Assembly (NCBI GenBank): GCA_044237895.1
Contig: JBIIEK010000001.1
Location: 2,762 to 66,761, forward strand
DNA from: Bdellovibrionota bacterium
Lineage (GTDB): Bacteria > Bdellovibrionota_C > UBA2361 > OMII01
Reading direction: 5' to 3'
DNA length: 64,000 nucleotides
Positions 1 through 9,096 of the stretch are shown here, piece by piece; the first letter of the stretch is position 1, and each line of letters begins with the position of its first letter. The position numbers and the translations under genes are program-made. The notes beneath the pieces were generated by a model. It was given only the letters and a program-made list of their open reading frames with translations, had not been told where the DNA came from and searched no databases.

Positions 1-902
1 GAGCGCCACGAGCGACACCGCGCGCCAAAGCCCTTAACATCGCTAACAACTAACCAGAGCCATGCTATCGACCAGGGCAGAAGACCGAGAAGAAGCATAC
101 CGATAAGATAGAATACCGAATGCTTATGAGGCTCATCCTCCATAGTGCTCGCGAAGCGAGCGAAATTTTCATACCACACCTTCTCAAGGAAGACGTCCCC
201 ACGTTGGATGTAGCCCGCGACATACCACCCAGAGACTAACACGACCACCGGCAGGGAGATGAGCATTCCACGCAGCACAATTCGCGCGATAGTAGCGCGA
301 TTGATTCCACCAACAAGGAGCTCATACAGAGAATAGATACCGATCGGCAATACAATCCCTACGGGTCCCTTCGTGAGCGCTGAAAACGAGATGAGCAAAA
401 CAGCGAGCCACGGAGCCCCTTTTCTTCCCCGTTCACTCCACGAGAAGAGCGCTAGGAGCGCGCCGGCGAGACTTGCACTCAAAATGGTATCGACACGACA
501 CGTTGCTGCCGAGCGAAACCACTCTGAGGATGCGAGCAGTATGAGCGTTGCTAGTAACGCGGTGTGTGTCGACATTCGACGAGCGAGAAATGCGTAGAAT
601 GACGCACAGAAAACCACGAACGCGACTGCCGATGGGAGCCGAGATGTCGACTCATTCACATCACCTTGCGGAAACGATACAAGTGAGATTAACCAGTGAG
701 AGAATGGCGGCTTGGACGGCACAGCTCCATCGTAAGAGGGCGGAGAGATCCAATTTCCTGTGGTCACCATCGCCTGGGCAACAAGAGCCTCTCTCGGCTC
801 CCCTCGCGAATAGAAAGCCCTATCGATCCAAGGCAGGCTCAAAAGGAGCGCGAGAAGAATGACAACGAACAAGCCCTTCTTTGATGCGATACGGTTCTCC
901 AC
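1..902 (-). CDS. ArnT/PMT-family (GT83/GT39-like) polytopic membrane glycosyltransferase; partial, with the C-terminus beyond the left edge
   Basis: This gene is missing from the ORF track because it runs off the window. Manual minus-strand translation is open from GTG at 902, with an upstream in-frame stop at 924-926. It reads VENRIASKKGLFVVILLALLLSLPWIDRAFYSRGEPREALVAQAMVTTGNWISPPSYDGAVPSKPPFSHW...SALTKGPVGIVLPIG...HKHSVFYLIGMLLLGLLPW. The E-x-REA...G-x-W...KPP N-terminal signature and multiple TM helices are typical of ArnT-like enzymes. GAGG lies 11 nt upstream of the GTG. Confidence 0.7.
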   Translation of the reverse strand, partial: MENRIASKKGLFVVILLALLLSLPWIDRAFYSRGEPREALVAQAMVTTGNWISPPSYDGAVPSKPPFSHWLISLVSFPQGDVNESTSRLPSAVAFVVFCASFYAFLARRMSTHTALLATLILLASSEWFRSAATCRVDTILSASLAGALLALFSWSERGRKGAPWLAVLLISFSALTKGPVGIVLPIGIYSLYELLVGGINRATIARIVLRGMLISLPVVVLVSGWYVAGYIQRGDVFLEKVWYENFARFASTMEDEPHKHSVFYLIGMLLLGLLPWSIAWLWLVVSDVKGFGARCRSWR

Positions 903-1269
903 GACGCAAATAACCTCACAGATTCAGCTTTTGTCGCACCGGTTATGTGCGAACAAACATCTAGGCCACTCTGACACGGATAGCCACGAAAGCCCACCTC
1001 TCTCAAAGACCGGAATACTCTGTATATTGGCGATCCTATGACTCCAAACACGATATATTTACCCTCGCTGTAAGTGAGTGAAGCCCATTTCACCACGACC
1101 GCATCTATATGGGGTGAAGCCGGGTTGGTTTAACGAGGTGCTGGTTCGAAGGTGAAACAAGGTTCCAGCCGCCAAGCCCCTACGACGTCAGATCTGTTGA
1201 TTGGCATTACCGATCGATGTCTATGGTGGCACCTTCCGGGTACTTGGATTCTAAGAAGGGCATAACCCC

Positions 1270-1725
1270 ATGATGACAACTGGACGAGAAACAACAACTG
1301 ATCAAAAGACTACTATCGAACGATTACTCGATGATGAGCAGGTGCTCGTGCACATCAATCCCTCTGCTCCGGGTGTGTCTATCCCCTCACACCTCTGCGA
1401 GAACCGCACTGTAACGCTGAGACTCAGCCGCTTCTTCAAGGGAGATCTTACGATCGACGATAATAAGGTTACGGCAGAGCTACTGTTTGGTCCCGAATAT
1501 TTTACGTGCGTGCTACCGTGGGAGGCCATCTGGGGTGCTTCTTCGATTCGTGGCCAAGAGTTCATCTGGGCCGAAGCCGCACCCGACGAGATCCTTCAGA
1601 TGTTTCTCGCCCAGAGAGACGACCGTCAGGCAGCCGCGTACCGAAGTGCCGAGCGCTCGCCAAGGTCGGCAGCATCGCCTTCAACCCCACGCCGTGCCTC
1701 CTCACACCTTCGACGTGTAAAGTAA
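1270..1725 (+). CDS. sspB: ClpXP adaptor SspB (stringent starvation protein B family)
   Basis: The core VLVHINPSAPGVSIPSHL...VTLRLSRFFKGDLTIDDNKVTAELLFGPEYFTCVLPWEAIWG fits the SspB fold pattern. A disordered Ser/Pro/Arg tail ends in LRRVK, which resembles the E. coli SspB ClpX-binding LRVVK motif. Confidence 0.65.
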   Translation: MMTTGRETTTDQKTTIERLLDDEQVLVHINPSAPGVSIPSHLCENRTVTLRLSRFFKGDLTIDDNKVTAELLFGPEYFTCVLPWEAIWGASSIRGQEFIWAEAAPDEILQMFLAQRDDRQAAAYRSAERSPRSAASPSTPRRASSHLRRVK

Positions 1726-1822
1726 GAGCGCTCAACTTATTGCAACTCCAGCGTGGACAGAAGCGAGCGCAAAAGTCCGCGCTTGAGTCGAGACTACTAA
1801 GTACGCACCCTAACCGAAAAGA

Positions 1823-3232
1823 TTATTCATCAACCGGTTCGATGGTCTCAGGCTCGGATTTTGGCGAAGGCGCTTTTGCGCCTTTGGATTCACTGTCCTT
1901 CTGCTTGGCTCCAATCGCACTCGGATCAAAATTCTTTATCTCTCTTCCTGGAACCATCTTTGAACAGGTCTCAATACGATTGATGGAGAGAACAGAGTGC
2001 CCAGAGGTCTGAGGAGTAAAGACGACTTCACCTCTCCATCCTGGCATGACGCCATCCTGAGAGCCGACACTACCGATAACACCCATCACGACTTTTTTCA
2101 GGGTCCCGTCAATTCCCCTCACCGTTTTATAAACCGGAAGTGCTGTTTCACTATCAAGATACACACTCTGTTGAGCATCGACGGAGAACGGATCGCGTGA
2201 CTCAAGATCGATTCGGGTCACGTTTCGCAAAACCATTCGAATCGTCGATGGCACCCAACCCGGCGCGTCTGAATAGCGCTTCGTGACAAGATTTGTCTCT
2301 ATCCCCTCACCCTTTCCGTACTCGACAACTGAACAATCTCCCTGGGCTTGGACCTTTGCGCCGGTCTCAACGACCGGCACTAACAATTGCATGGATGAGA
2401 GAGAGGTTGGCTGAACCCGTTCTATCTTACCAGACCACACCCATAAATCATCGGGAGAGAAGGCTGCTGAGAAAAACGGATCGGCTCGATTGCTACCCGT
2501 AAGCTGTCGCGACTGCCCAGTGATCGGGGACGCAGCCCAAAGGTAATCATCATCTGCTCCGTGAAAACGAAGTGTAAGCCAAGTCAGGCCCTTCAATACT
2601 GGAGGCTGAATCGCCGAGATCTTCTCTCTGAAGAGGGGAGTCAGTGTTCCCGGCGACACCCCGAGTGCGCGTGGGTATATTCGCTGCACGAGGAAGTCAA
2701 CGCGCTTGGCTTCTCCAGAAGAGGTAGCAAAAGTGGTCAAAGAGGCGTTGATACTGAGAGACTTTAACCGCCACGCGTGAATCGCCGCGTTCCACAACAA
2801 CCCATACGCCTGCTGCGTACGATCGGCATCCTGCCCGTCGTCTGCGACATCAGCCAAGATCTGTCCAAGAACAACTTCGGGAGCAGGCTGCAACGCTCCT
2901 ATTCTGTCGATCGCGACCAAGCTAGCGCTTCCACCTTTGGTCGCACTGAAGAGATCTTTTCGCTTCGGTTGAAGGGCAACCTCAACAACGAGGTCGCCAT
3001 TTCTAATGAGGTCGGCCACCTCAGGAACGAGCACTTTTTTGTAGAGATCAACATGAGGCTTGGAAAGCAGTGCTCCAACCTTCGCGGCTCCTTGCAGATC
3101 GGGCAACGGACCAACATCTGAAGGTTGAGCGAGTGGTTCCGAATGTGCCGGCCGCGCGGTGATCACCGCCACGACGACAGCAACTGAGAAACCAACCTGT
3201 CGTAAGCCGCGAGCCAGTTTGTTTTCGCGCAT
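1823..3232 (-). CDS. Exported protein of unknown function (possibly DUF1329/LolA-like)
   Basis: 469-aa ORF with an N-terminal signal-like segment (VGFSVAVVVAVITARPAHSEP). No catalytic motifs were recognised. The family assignment is only a weak impression. Confidence 0.5.
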   Translation of the reverse strand: MRENKLARGLRQVGFSVAVVVAVITARPAHSEPLAQPSDVGPLPDLQGAAKVGALLSKPHVDLYKKVLVPEVADLIRNGDLVVEVALQPKRKDLFSATKGGSASLVAIDRIGALQPAPEVVLGQILADVADDGQDADRTQQAYGLLWNAAIHAWRLKSLSINASLTTFATSSGEAKRVDFLVQRIYPRALGVSPGTLTPLFREKISAIQPPVLKGLTWLTLRFHGADDDYLWAASPITGQSRQLTGSNRADPFFSAAFSPDDLWVWSGKIERVQPTSLSSMQLLVPVVETGAKVQAQGDCSVVEYGKGEGIETNLVTKRYSDAPGWVPSTIRMVLRNVTRIDLESRDPFSVDAQQSVYLDSETALPVYKTVRGIDGTLKKVVMGVIGSVGSQDGVMPGWRGEVVFTPQTSGHSVLSINRIETCSKMVPGREIKNFDPSAIGAKQKDSESKGAKAPSPKSEPETIEPVDE

Positions 3233-3260
3233 GGAATACCCGGAAACGGTGGATCAAAGC

Positions 3261-3845
3261 TTAGATAACGACCTTCTCTAACTCCTGCATCTTCTTCATG
3301 TGCATGTCATAGAGACGTTCAGGACCGTAATCTTCGAGGATGCGGGAGCGTTGCATCAAGGTCTCTTTATCCTCAATAAACAATCGCGGATCCGCAGGAT
3401 ACACCTCGGGATGGAGGCCTGTGTCCATCCGAATGGCATCAACTGGACAGGCCTCGACACAGTACCCGCAATAAATGCAGAGGAGTGTGTCGATCTCGTA
3501 GCGCTTCGGAAATTTTTCTACGTTCGGATCCTCGTGCTCGCACGCTTCGATATAGATACAACGGGCCGGACACGCGGTTGCGCAGAGAAAACATGAAGTA
3601 CACTTTACATCGCCGTTGTCGTACAGCGTAAGACGGTGACGTCCACGATATCGGGCGGGATATTGACGACGAACATTTGGATATTGAATCGCGACTCCAG
3701 GTGCCTGCGCCGTTTTCACGCCAAGCGCGTTCAGGGTGTGGAGCCAAAGATTCTTGAGCAATTTTCCGTACGTGATTGTAAGCCCCTTGAAGATCTCGAC
3801 TACGTATATCTTTTCAAGGAAGGTCATCTCTTCTCGACGCTTCAT
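3261..3845 (-). CDS. NuoI-like 2x[4Fe-4S] ferredoxin (orphan, with no other nuo genes in the window)
   Basis: It has two CxxCxxCxxxCP motifs (CTSCFLCATACP and CIYCGYCVEACP). It also has the NuoI-type leader IFKGLTITYGKLL...YPARYRGRHRL. It sits directly downstream of metF on the same strand. Confidence 0.8.
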   Translation of the reverse strand: MKRREEMTFLEKIYVVEIFKGLTITYGKLLKNLWLHTLNALGVKTAQAPGVAIQYPNVRRQYPARYRGRHRLTLYDNGDVKCTSCFLCATACPARCIYIEACEHEDPNVEKFPKRYEIDTLLCIYCGYCVEACPVDAIRMDTGLHPEVYPADPRLFIEDKETLMQRSRILEDYGPERLYDMHMKKMQELEKVVI

Positions 3846-3859
3846 AGTGATTATCCTCT

Positions 3860-4798
3860 CTAGCTATCTTGAATCCACGCTGACAATCGTTTGCACAAAT
3901 CTAGGGCAAGGAGAGGAGAACCGCCACTCACCACATGAAAACCACGAACGTAGGGCTTAACAGCCTCCGCGATCTCCATCGCCATATCAAGCGAGGCCTC
4001 CGCAATCTTCTCCTCTGGGAGCCCTCGCACACGATCCACGACGTTTTCAGGGATCCGAATACCCGGAACTTTCGAGATCCCCTCAAAGGATTTTGAGGAT
4101 TTGTATGGAAGCAACCCGACCATGAGGTCTATCCCGGACTCGGCCGCAGCCTGAAAGAACCCCCTGGCATGCTCAGGATCGAACACTGGCTGACTCAACG
4201 CGTAGGCGGCGCCAGCCTCTTTCTTACGAACGAGGCGCTTAATCTCTGCCGACGCGTTTCGTGCGTTTGGATTTACAACGACACCAGGCACGTACGAGGT
4301 ACCACCCTTCAACTCGCTACCCGCGATATCCTTACCACCGTTAAGGGTTCCGATGATATTGAGCAATCCGATCGAGTTAACCTCGAAAACTCCCTTAGCG
4401 TCCGGGAGATCCCCTACCGTAACGGCATCGCCGGTAAGCGCAACGATCGACCTAACTCCAAGAGCCCACGCCCCAAGCAGATCAGACTGCAATGCGATAA
4501 CATTACGATCTCGGCATGAGAGGTTCACGAGTGGCTCAACTCCAAAGCGTTGTTTAAAGAGCGCGGCGAAGGTGAGCCCAGAAAGCTTCATCTTCGCTAG
4601 AGCGCTATCCGTAATGTTAACAAAATCGATTCCACTGATTGACGCGTATCGTTGTAGAATCGGCTCAACCTCTGTCCCCCGAGGCGGATTAATTTCTACG
4701 CACAATATGGGCTTATCGCTCTTCGCGCCTGCCGGGAGAAGTCGCCCCAATCCTGATTGTTGAATGCCAGTGACCAAACAAACACCTTTACGTTTCAC
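3860..4798 (-). CDS. metF: Methylenetetrahydrofolate reductase
   Basis: The MTHFR-like sequence reads ILCVEINPPRG...NLSCRDRNVIALQSDLLGAWALGVRSIVALTGD...VVNPNA...SQPVFD. Confidence 0.85.
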   Translation of the reverse strand: MKRKGVCLVTGIQQSGLGRLLPAGAKSDKPILCVEINPPRGTEVEPILQRYASISGIDFVNITDSALAKMKLSGLTFAALFKQRFGVEPLVNLSCRDRNVIALQSDLLGAWALGVRSIVALTGDAVTVGDLPDAKGVFEVNSIGLLNIIGTLNGGKDIAGSELKGGTSYVPGVVVNPNARNASAEIKRLVRKKEAGAAYALSQPVFDPEHARGFFQAAAESGIDLMVGLLPYKSSKSFEGISKVPGIRIPENVVDRVRGLPEEKIAEASLDMAMEIAEAVKPYVRGFHVVSGGSPLLALDLCKRLSAWIQDS

Positions 4799-5214
4799 TC
4801 GCCTTACGCGAGCGCTTTGCCTAGAGACTTATATCTAAGGGGAAGGGTCGTGAAGATGGGCACTTCCTACCACCGCTAAGTCCGTGAAGACACTAACTCT
4901 ATCTCATACAGGCTCTTCTGGCTACCGTCCATGGTGTGCAATTATGCTCAACCAAAAAGCAGGCAAAACTGAGAAGATGTTCTTGCAAACCTAGGCGATT
5001 ACGACTACCTTCTCAGGCAGTTTCGATGGTCTACACCATTAGGGCAGCCAGCCGTGCCGATGCGCCTGAAAGGGGTGCGTCGCCGCTGACGCTCTTCCCT
5101 CTTAAGCACAGACAACACAATCTGGTAGCGGGGTGTACCCCGTTAGAAATCTAGCGCACGCCGCTTACCGTAGCGTGCTGAACGTTGGGCGTTTTTCTTA
5201 AGTAAAGTGAGCTT

Positions 5215-5826
5215 ATGACGGTGAATGTTGAGGTCTTCTATTCTTTCCAGAGTCCCTACTCTTATCTCGCCATGGACCCTATCTATGACATCGCGGAGAA
5301 GTACAACGTAGAGCTTCTCTGGCAACCCTTCTCAGCGAAGGCCTCTGGACAGCCAGTACCCCAGACGGGAATCCTCCCCGACAAGCTTTCGTATCTCTTT
5401 GAAGACACAAAGCGACTCGCTGAAGAGCGCGGTCTTTCGCTTGTTTACCCAGAGGGTTGGCCAGAAGTTGAGCACGATCCAGGACGCCTCACTCGTGGCG
5501 CTTTGATCGCTAACGATATGGGCGTTCTACTTGAATACAACATTAAGGTATTCAACAAGTGGTGGGGCCTCGGAGAGAATCCCAACGAGGATTCCTTCAT
5601 GAACGAGCTCTGCGACGATCTCGATATCGACCTGGGAGACTTTCTAAGTAAGGTTTCCTCATCCGACACTCGTGAGCGTGTTAAGGGGATCTACAAGCGT
5701 GGGCGTAAACTCGCGGTATTCGATACCCCGACCTTCGTATTCGAGAGCGGAGAGCGTATTGTAGGATACGATAAGATCCCGTACCTCGCTCAACGACTTG
5801 AGAAGATGGGCCTTCGAAAGAAGTAG
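5215..5826 (+). CDS. 2-hydroxychromene-2-carboxylate isomerase / DsbA-family thioredoxin-fold protein
   Basis: N-terminal VEVFYSFQSPYSYLA is the family's SPxS variant of the CxxC site. C-terminal VFDTPTFVFESGERIVGYDKIPYL also fits. Confidence 0.7.
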   Translation: MTVNVEVFYSFQSPYSYLAMDPIYDIAEKYNVELLWQPFSAKASGQPVPQTGILPDKLSYLFEDTKRLAEERGLSLVYPEGWPEVEHDPGRLTRGALIANDMGVLLEYNIKVFNKWWGLGENPNEDSFMNELCDDLDIDLGDFLSKVSSSDTRERVKGIYKRGRKLAVFDTPTFVFESGERIVGYDKIPYLAQRLEKMGLRKK

Positions 5827-5836
5827 TATCTTTTCT

Positions 5837-6604
5837 ATGAAACCTCGCGAGCGAAAAGGACCTCGACTCTTCGTCGAAACCTCAAGCTCGCGAGGTACGT
5901 TTGCTCCCGATCACCTCCTTACTCTCTCCCCCCCTGACAGCCATTATATCAAAGACGTCCTCAGGCTTAGGATAGGCGATCCTATCGAAATTGGAGACCA
6001 GTCGACCGCCACTCTCTATCAAGGCGAGGTATGTTCAATCGACACCTCGGTCACGATAAAGATCATCCGCTCGCTCGAAGAGAGATCTCAAGAGATAGCC
6101 ATCACTCTCGTCTGCGCACTCTGCAAAGGGCAGAAAAACGACCAGATTACCGACTGGGCAACCGAGCTTGGATGCTCGCACATCGTATTTTTTCAATCAG
6201 ATAGAAGTGTCGTACGACTACGAAACTCAGAGGAATGCGCTCACAAAGAGAACCGAATCTTAAAGATCGCGACTGCAGCAGCCCAACAGAGCCGACAAGT
6301 GCGGCCACCTCAGGTAAAGGTCATGCTTTCTCTTGACGAGGCCCTCAAGCACCTCTCGTTAACGCCCTTTACGCTTAAAGCTATCTGCTCCCTCAAGCCA
6401 GATGCTCAACCTCTTTCGGAGGCCGCTGAGATTCTAAGCGCGGGAAGTCTCGCGTGCGTGATCGTGGGACCCGAGGGCGACTTCTCGCCGGAGGAGCATG
6501 ACAAGCTGATACAGGACGGGTTCATTCCTGCATCGCTTGGACCGAAGGTACTTAGATCAGAGCTCGCGGCGGTGACCGCGCTAGTAACGATACACAACAA
6601 ATAG
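5837..6604 (+). CDS. rsmE: 16S rRNA (uracil1498-N3)-methyltransferase RsmE
   Basis: PRLFVETS...HYIKDVLRLRIGDPIEIGD... at the N-terminus and VIVGPEGDFSPEE...LGPKVLRSELA at the C-terminus match the RsmE SPOUT pattern. The start was moved to ATG 5837, because the track start at 5798 overlaps the upstream gene. Confidence 0.8.
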   Translation: MKPRERKGPRLFVETSSSRGTFAPDHLLTLSPPDSHYIKDVLRLRIGDPIEIGDQSTATLYQGEVCSIDTSVTIKIIRSLEERSQEIAITLVCALCKGQKNDQITDWATELGCSHIVFFQSDRSVVRLRNSEECAHKENRILKIATAAAQQSRQVRPPQVKVMLSLDEALKHLSLTPFTLKAICSLKPDAQPLSEAAEILSAGSLACVIVGPEGDFSPEEHDKLIQDGFIPASLGPKVLRSELAAVTALVTIHNK

Positions 6605-6750
6605 TATCAGCGAATACGGAACGTAAACCAAGCATCTCCCCCTTGGTTCAAGAGGACTGGGCGCGCATCGTAGCAAAGTCTCGCGGGTTGTGTTCCGCAT
6701 GCGCCCCCTTTTGTCTTGACAGGCCCACGCCTCAGAACGATTCTCCGTCA

Positions 6751-7449
6751 ATGAATCAGATACCCCGCAACTCCAAAATCGGAGCTCTTCATCACCTTCG
6801 CCACATGGGGTTCCTGCCAGCGACGGTCATCGACGTTGGCGTTCAAAAAGGCACACCTGAGCTGTATACCGCATTTCCCGAGAGCCTCCACGTGCTGATA
6901 GAACCCATAGTGGAACAAGAGGCCACCATGAAGGAGATCTGCGCCTCTCTCAAAAACGGGGTGTATATACTGGCGGCAGCTGCGGCAAAAACAGGACGAA
7001 CAAAACTTCGAGTTAGCCACAATGCGATGTACTCGAACATGACAACCCCCGAAGATACTGGAGACGCCGACGTACAGATGCGCGAGGTCCCAACCGTTTC
7101 GTTGGACGATCTGACATCGGCTAGAAGATTTCCCGGCCCCATACTCCTCAAAATTGATGTCGATGGCCAAGAGGTCGATGTCCTGAGAGGTGCAACGAAG
7201 ATACTGCGAGAGTTCGTCGAGTACGTTGTTGTTGAGTCAACCATGTTTGGCCAGATCAATCAGGTCATTGAATTCATGCAGCAGCAAAACTTCGCCATCT
7301 ATGACGTCCTTGAGCCTTTGTATCGTCCCCTAGACCTCGCGCTTTGGCAGGTCGACCTCGCGTTTGTTCGCAAAGACGGCCCTTTCCGAATCCACACCGG
7401 ATACAACACCCCAGAGGCGATGCGCGAAATGAAGGCCTCGGGCGCCTAG
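6751..7449 (+). CDS. FkbM-family SAM-dependent methyltransferase
   Basis: VIDVGVQKGTPEL...LLKIDVDGQEVDVLRGATKIL...VVVES is the FkbM pattern. The start was set to ATG 6751, since the track start is an upstream TTG. Confidence 0.7.
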   Translation: MNQIPRNSKIGALHHLRHMGFLPATVIDVGVQKGTPELYTAFPESLHVLIEPIVEQEATMKEICASLKNGVYILAAAAAKTGRTKLRVSHNAMYSNMTTPEDTGDADVQMREVPTVSLDDLTSARRFPGPILLKIDVDGQEVDVLRGATKILREFVEYVVVESTMFGQINQVIEFMQQQNFAIYDVLEPLYRPLDLALWQVDLAFVRKDGPFRIHTGYNTPEAMREMKASGA

Positions 7450-7623
7450 CATGGCATTGAATAATGGTGCGTCTACCCGGCGCAGGGACACTCGCATTAC
7501 TACAGTAGCCATAACCCGGCATTTACGAGTAGCCTTTACTGAACGATGTGCGCACTCGCTGCCTATCACATCGACCCTACACCGTAGACGAGACTGAGCA
7601 AGCTCTCTGACAAATGGAAAACC

Positions 7624-8061
7624 ATGAGCAGAATAACCTTCGACCACCCCCTCCTTCCCCTTCCAGAGAAGAAACGCATCGCACTCGTCGCCCACGATGG
7701 CAAAAAAGCTGAGCTGTGTATGTGGGCAGCGAAATACCGAGACCTTCTCACGCGGCACTCGCTCTACGGCACCGGCACTACCGGGTCACTTATCGAAACT
7801 GAACTCTCTCTTCCCGTCACGAAGTGCGCTTCGGGGCCCCTCGGTGGCGACCAGCAGATCGGTGCGATGATAGTAGATGAAAAGATCGATATGCTGATCT
7901 TCTTCTGGGATCCCCTTACCTCACAACCCCACGATCCAGACGTAAAGGCGCTCCTCAGAATCGCCGCGCTCTACGAGATTCCGATCGCATGTAATCGTGC
8001 GAGCGCGGATTTCCTGCTCACGAGCACCCTAATGGAGCAGCTGTACGCGCGGAGACCGTAA
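7624..8061 (+). CDS. mgsA: Methylglyoxal synthase
   Basis: KRIALVAHDGKKAEL...LYGTGTTG...SGPLGGDQQIGAMI...IDMLIFFWDPL..PHDPDVKALLRI is the classic MgsA signature. Confidence 0.9.
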   Translation: MSRITFDHPLLPLPEKKRIALVAHDGKKAELCMWAAKYRDLLTRHSLYGTGTTGSLIETELSLPVTKCASGPLGGDQQIGAMIVDEKIDMLIFFWDPLTSQPHDPDVKALLRIAALYEIPIACNRASADFLLTSTLMEQLYARRP

Positions 8062-8062
8062 G

Positions 8063-8920
8063 TTACGATAGGAATCGCATCTTGAGCGATAGCCCGTCCT
8101 GTACCACACAACCCCGAATAGCCAACTCTTCGGTGCTCTCAGCCATCGGCACGTACGTGGTAAAATCGAAGACACTCCCCTTCTCATCAGTTCCGGCATC
8201 AAGGAGCTCTGGCTTTTCGCGCTTTCCGAAGAGAGCGCTCTCTTCACGTATACACTCCCGAACTGCAGGACAAACAACCTCATCAAGCACATAAGCATAG
8301 TGGGAGCTATGCTCCATAATGCGCTCCGCGGCGTGTCGACGAGCTTCCTCTAACGCCCCCTCGCTAAATAACGGTAGCGCTTGCACGGTCACATCACTCG
8401 AATCTGAGGGGATAATGGCGATCTGCACAGGTTGATCTTTAGAAAAGGTCTCAAAAGCGAGCGCTGAGGAACCGAGCTTTGCTCGCATCTCTGGATCCTC
8501 AATCTCTTCTGCAGCCAGGGTTTGCTTCTCTTTCGATTCGCCGACCCCTCGTTCTAGGGGGATTACGGGATCCCACACTTGATTGATACTGGGAACCACA
8601 TACTCGCCATCCTGAGTTCGGATGGTAAGCAACGGCACCGGATGCCCGAGCTCCTTCGAGGTGCAAAATCGGAGCGAAACCTCGAATCTTTGGGACTCAG
8701 CTAGTAAAGCCAACTCCCGCGTATGAACGAGAAGGGCCTCGAAATTATTCTCTTTTAGGTAGTCTTCAACGAAGGTTTCGGCGGCCGCCGAAACATACTT
8801 GCCGCCGAGAAGGGTCTCTATCTTCTGGTCGAGCGCTTGCGCGGCATCAATCTGTGTTGGGGGCGAAAACGATGAGGAACTTGGAAGGATCGGCGAAGGC
8901 ATAACGCTCCCTAAGCACAA
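8063..8920 (-). CDS. Hypothetical protein
   Basis: 285-aa acidic ORF with no recognisable motif. It converges on mgsA with a 1-nt gap. The start is uncertain (M1 or M7). Confidence 0.5.
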   Translation of the reverse strand: MCLGSVMPSPILPSSSSFSPPTQIDAAQALDQKIETLLGGKYVSAAAETFVEDYLKENNFEALLVHTRELALLAESQRFEVSLRFCTSKELGHPVPLLTIRTQDGEYVVPSINQVWDPVIPLERGVGESKEKQTLAAEEIEDPEMRAKLGSSALAFETFSKDQPVQIAIIPSDSSDVTVQALPLFSEGALEEARRHAAERIMEHSSHYAYVLDEVVCPAVRECIREESALFGKREKPELLDAGTDEKGSVFDFTTYVPMAESTEELAIRGCVVQDGLSLKMRFLS

Positions 8921-9096
8921 CTGGGTTCACCAGTAGGATACGATACGCCCACTCCCTACCCAAGGATAAGTTTTCCGCCTCAACTGTCGCTATGTGATCG
9001 TTATAGAGGCAATTGAAAAATAAAGGAGCCGTCCCGCGGCCTCTACAAGACGGGGACGAAACATTGTAGCCCGCAATACTGCTCAGACTGCCGAGC

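Noticed and set aside
839-1096. An 85-aa minus-strand ORF upstream of and overlapping the ArnT-like gene start.
   Set aside because: It is in a different frame from the ArnT-like CDS, is not membrane-like and has no RBS. The ArnT-like N-terminal signature starts at GTG 902 in the other frame.
1111-1180. A GGGG...GGTTCGAA...CCCC segment that looks superficially like a tRNA or tmRNA.
   Set aside because: The GGTTCGAA is not in a 5-bp stem with a 7-nt loop. No acceptor, D or anticodon arms can be drawn. It is most likely a divergent promoter/UTR region between the ArnT-like gene and sspB.
4799-5214. Possible riboswitch (SAH, SAM or B12) or sRNA in the 416-bp divergent region upstream of metF. 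GC-rich, mutually exclusive hairpins lie at about 5062-5092, and a weak hairpin plus T-run lies at about 5190-5205.
   Set aside because: I could not match the conserved cores of the SAH, SAM-I/II, cobalamin or fluoride riboswitches or of SRP RNA by eye. The hairpins are short. An Rfam cmscan would be needed.
7330-7758. A 142-aa minus-strand ORF bridging the FkbM-mgsA intergenic region.
   Set aside because: It overlaps the ends of two well-supported plus-strand genes and has no motif or RBS.
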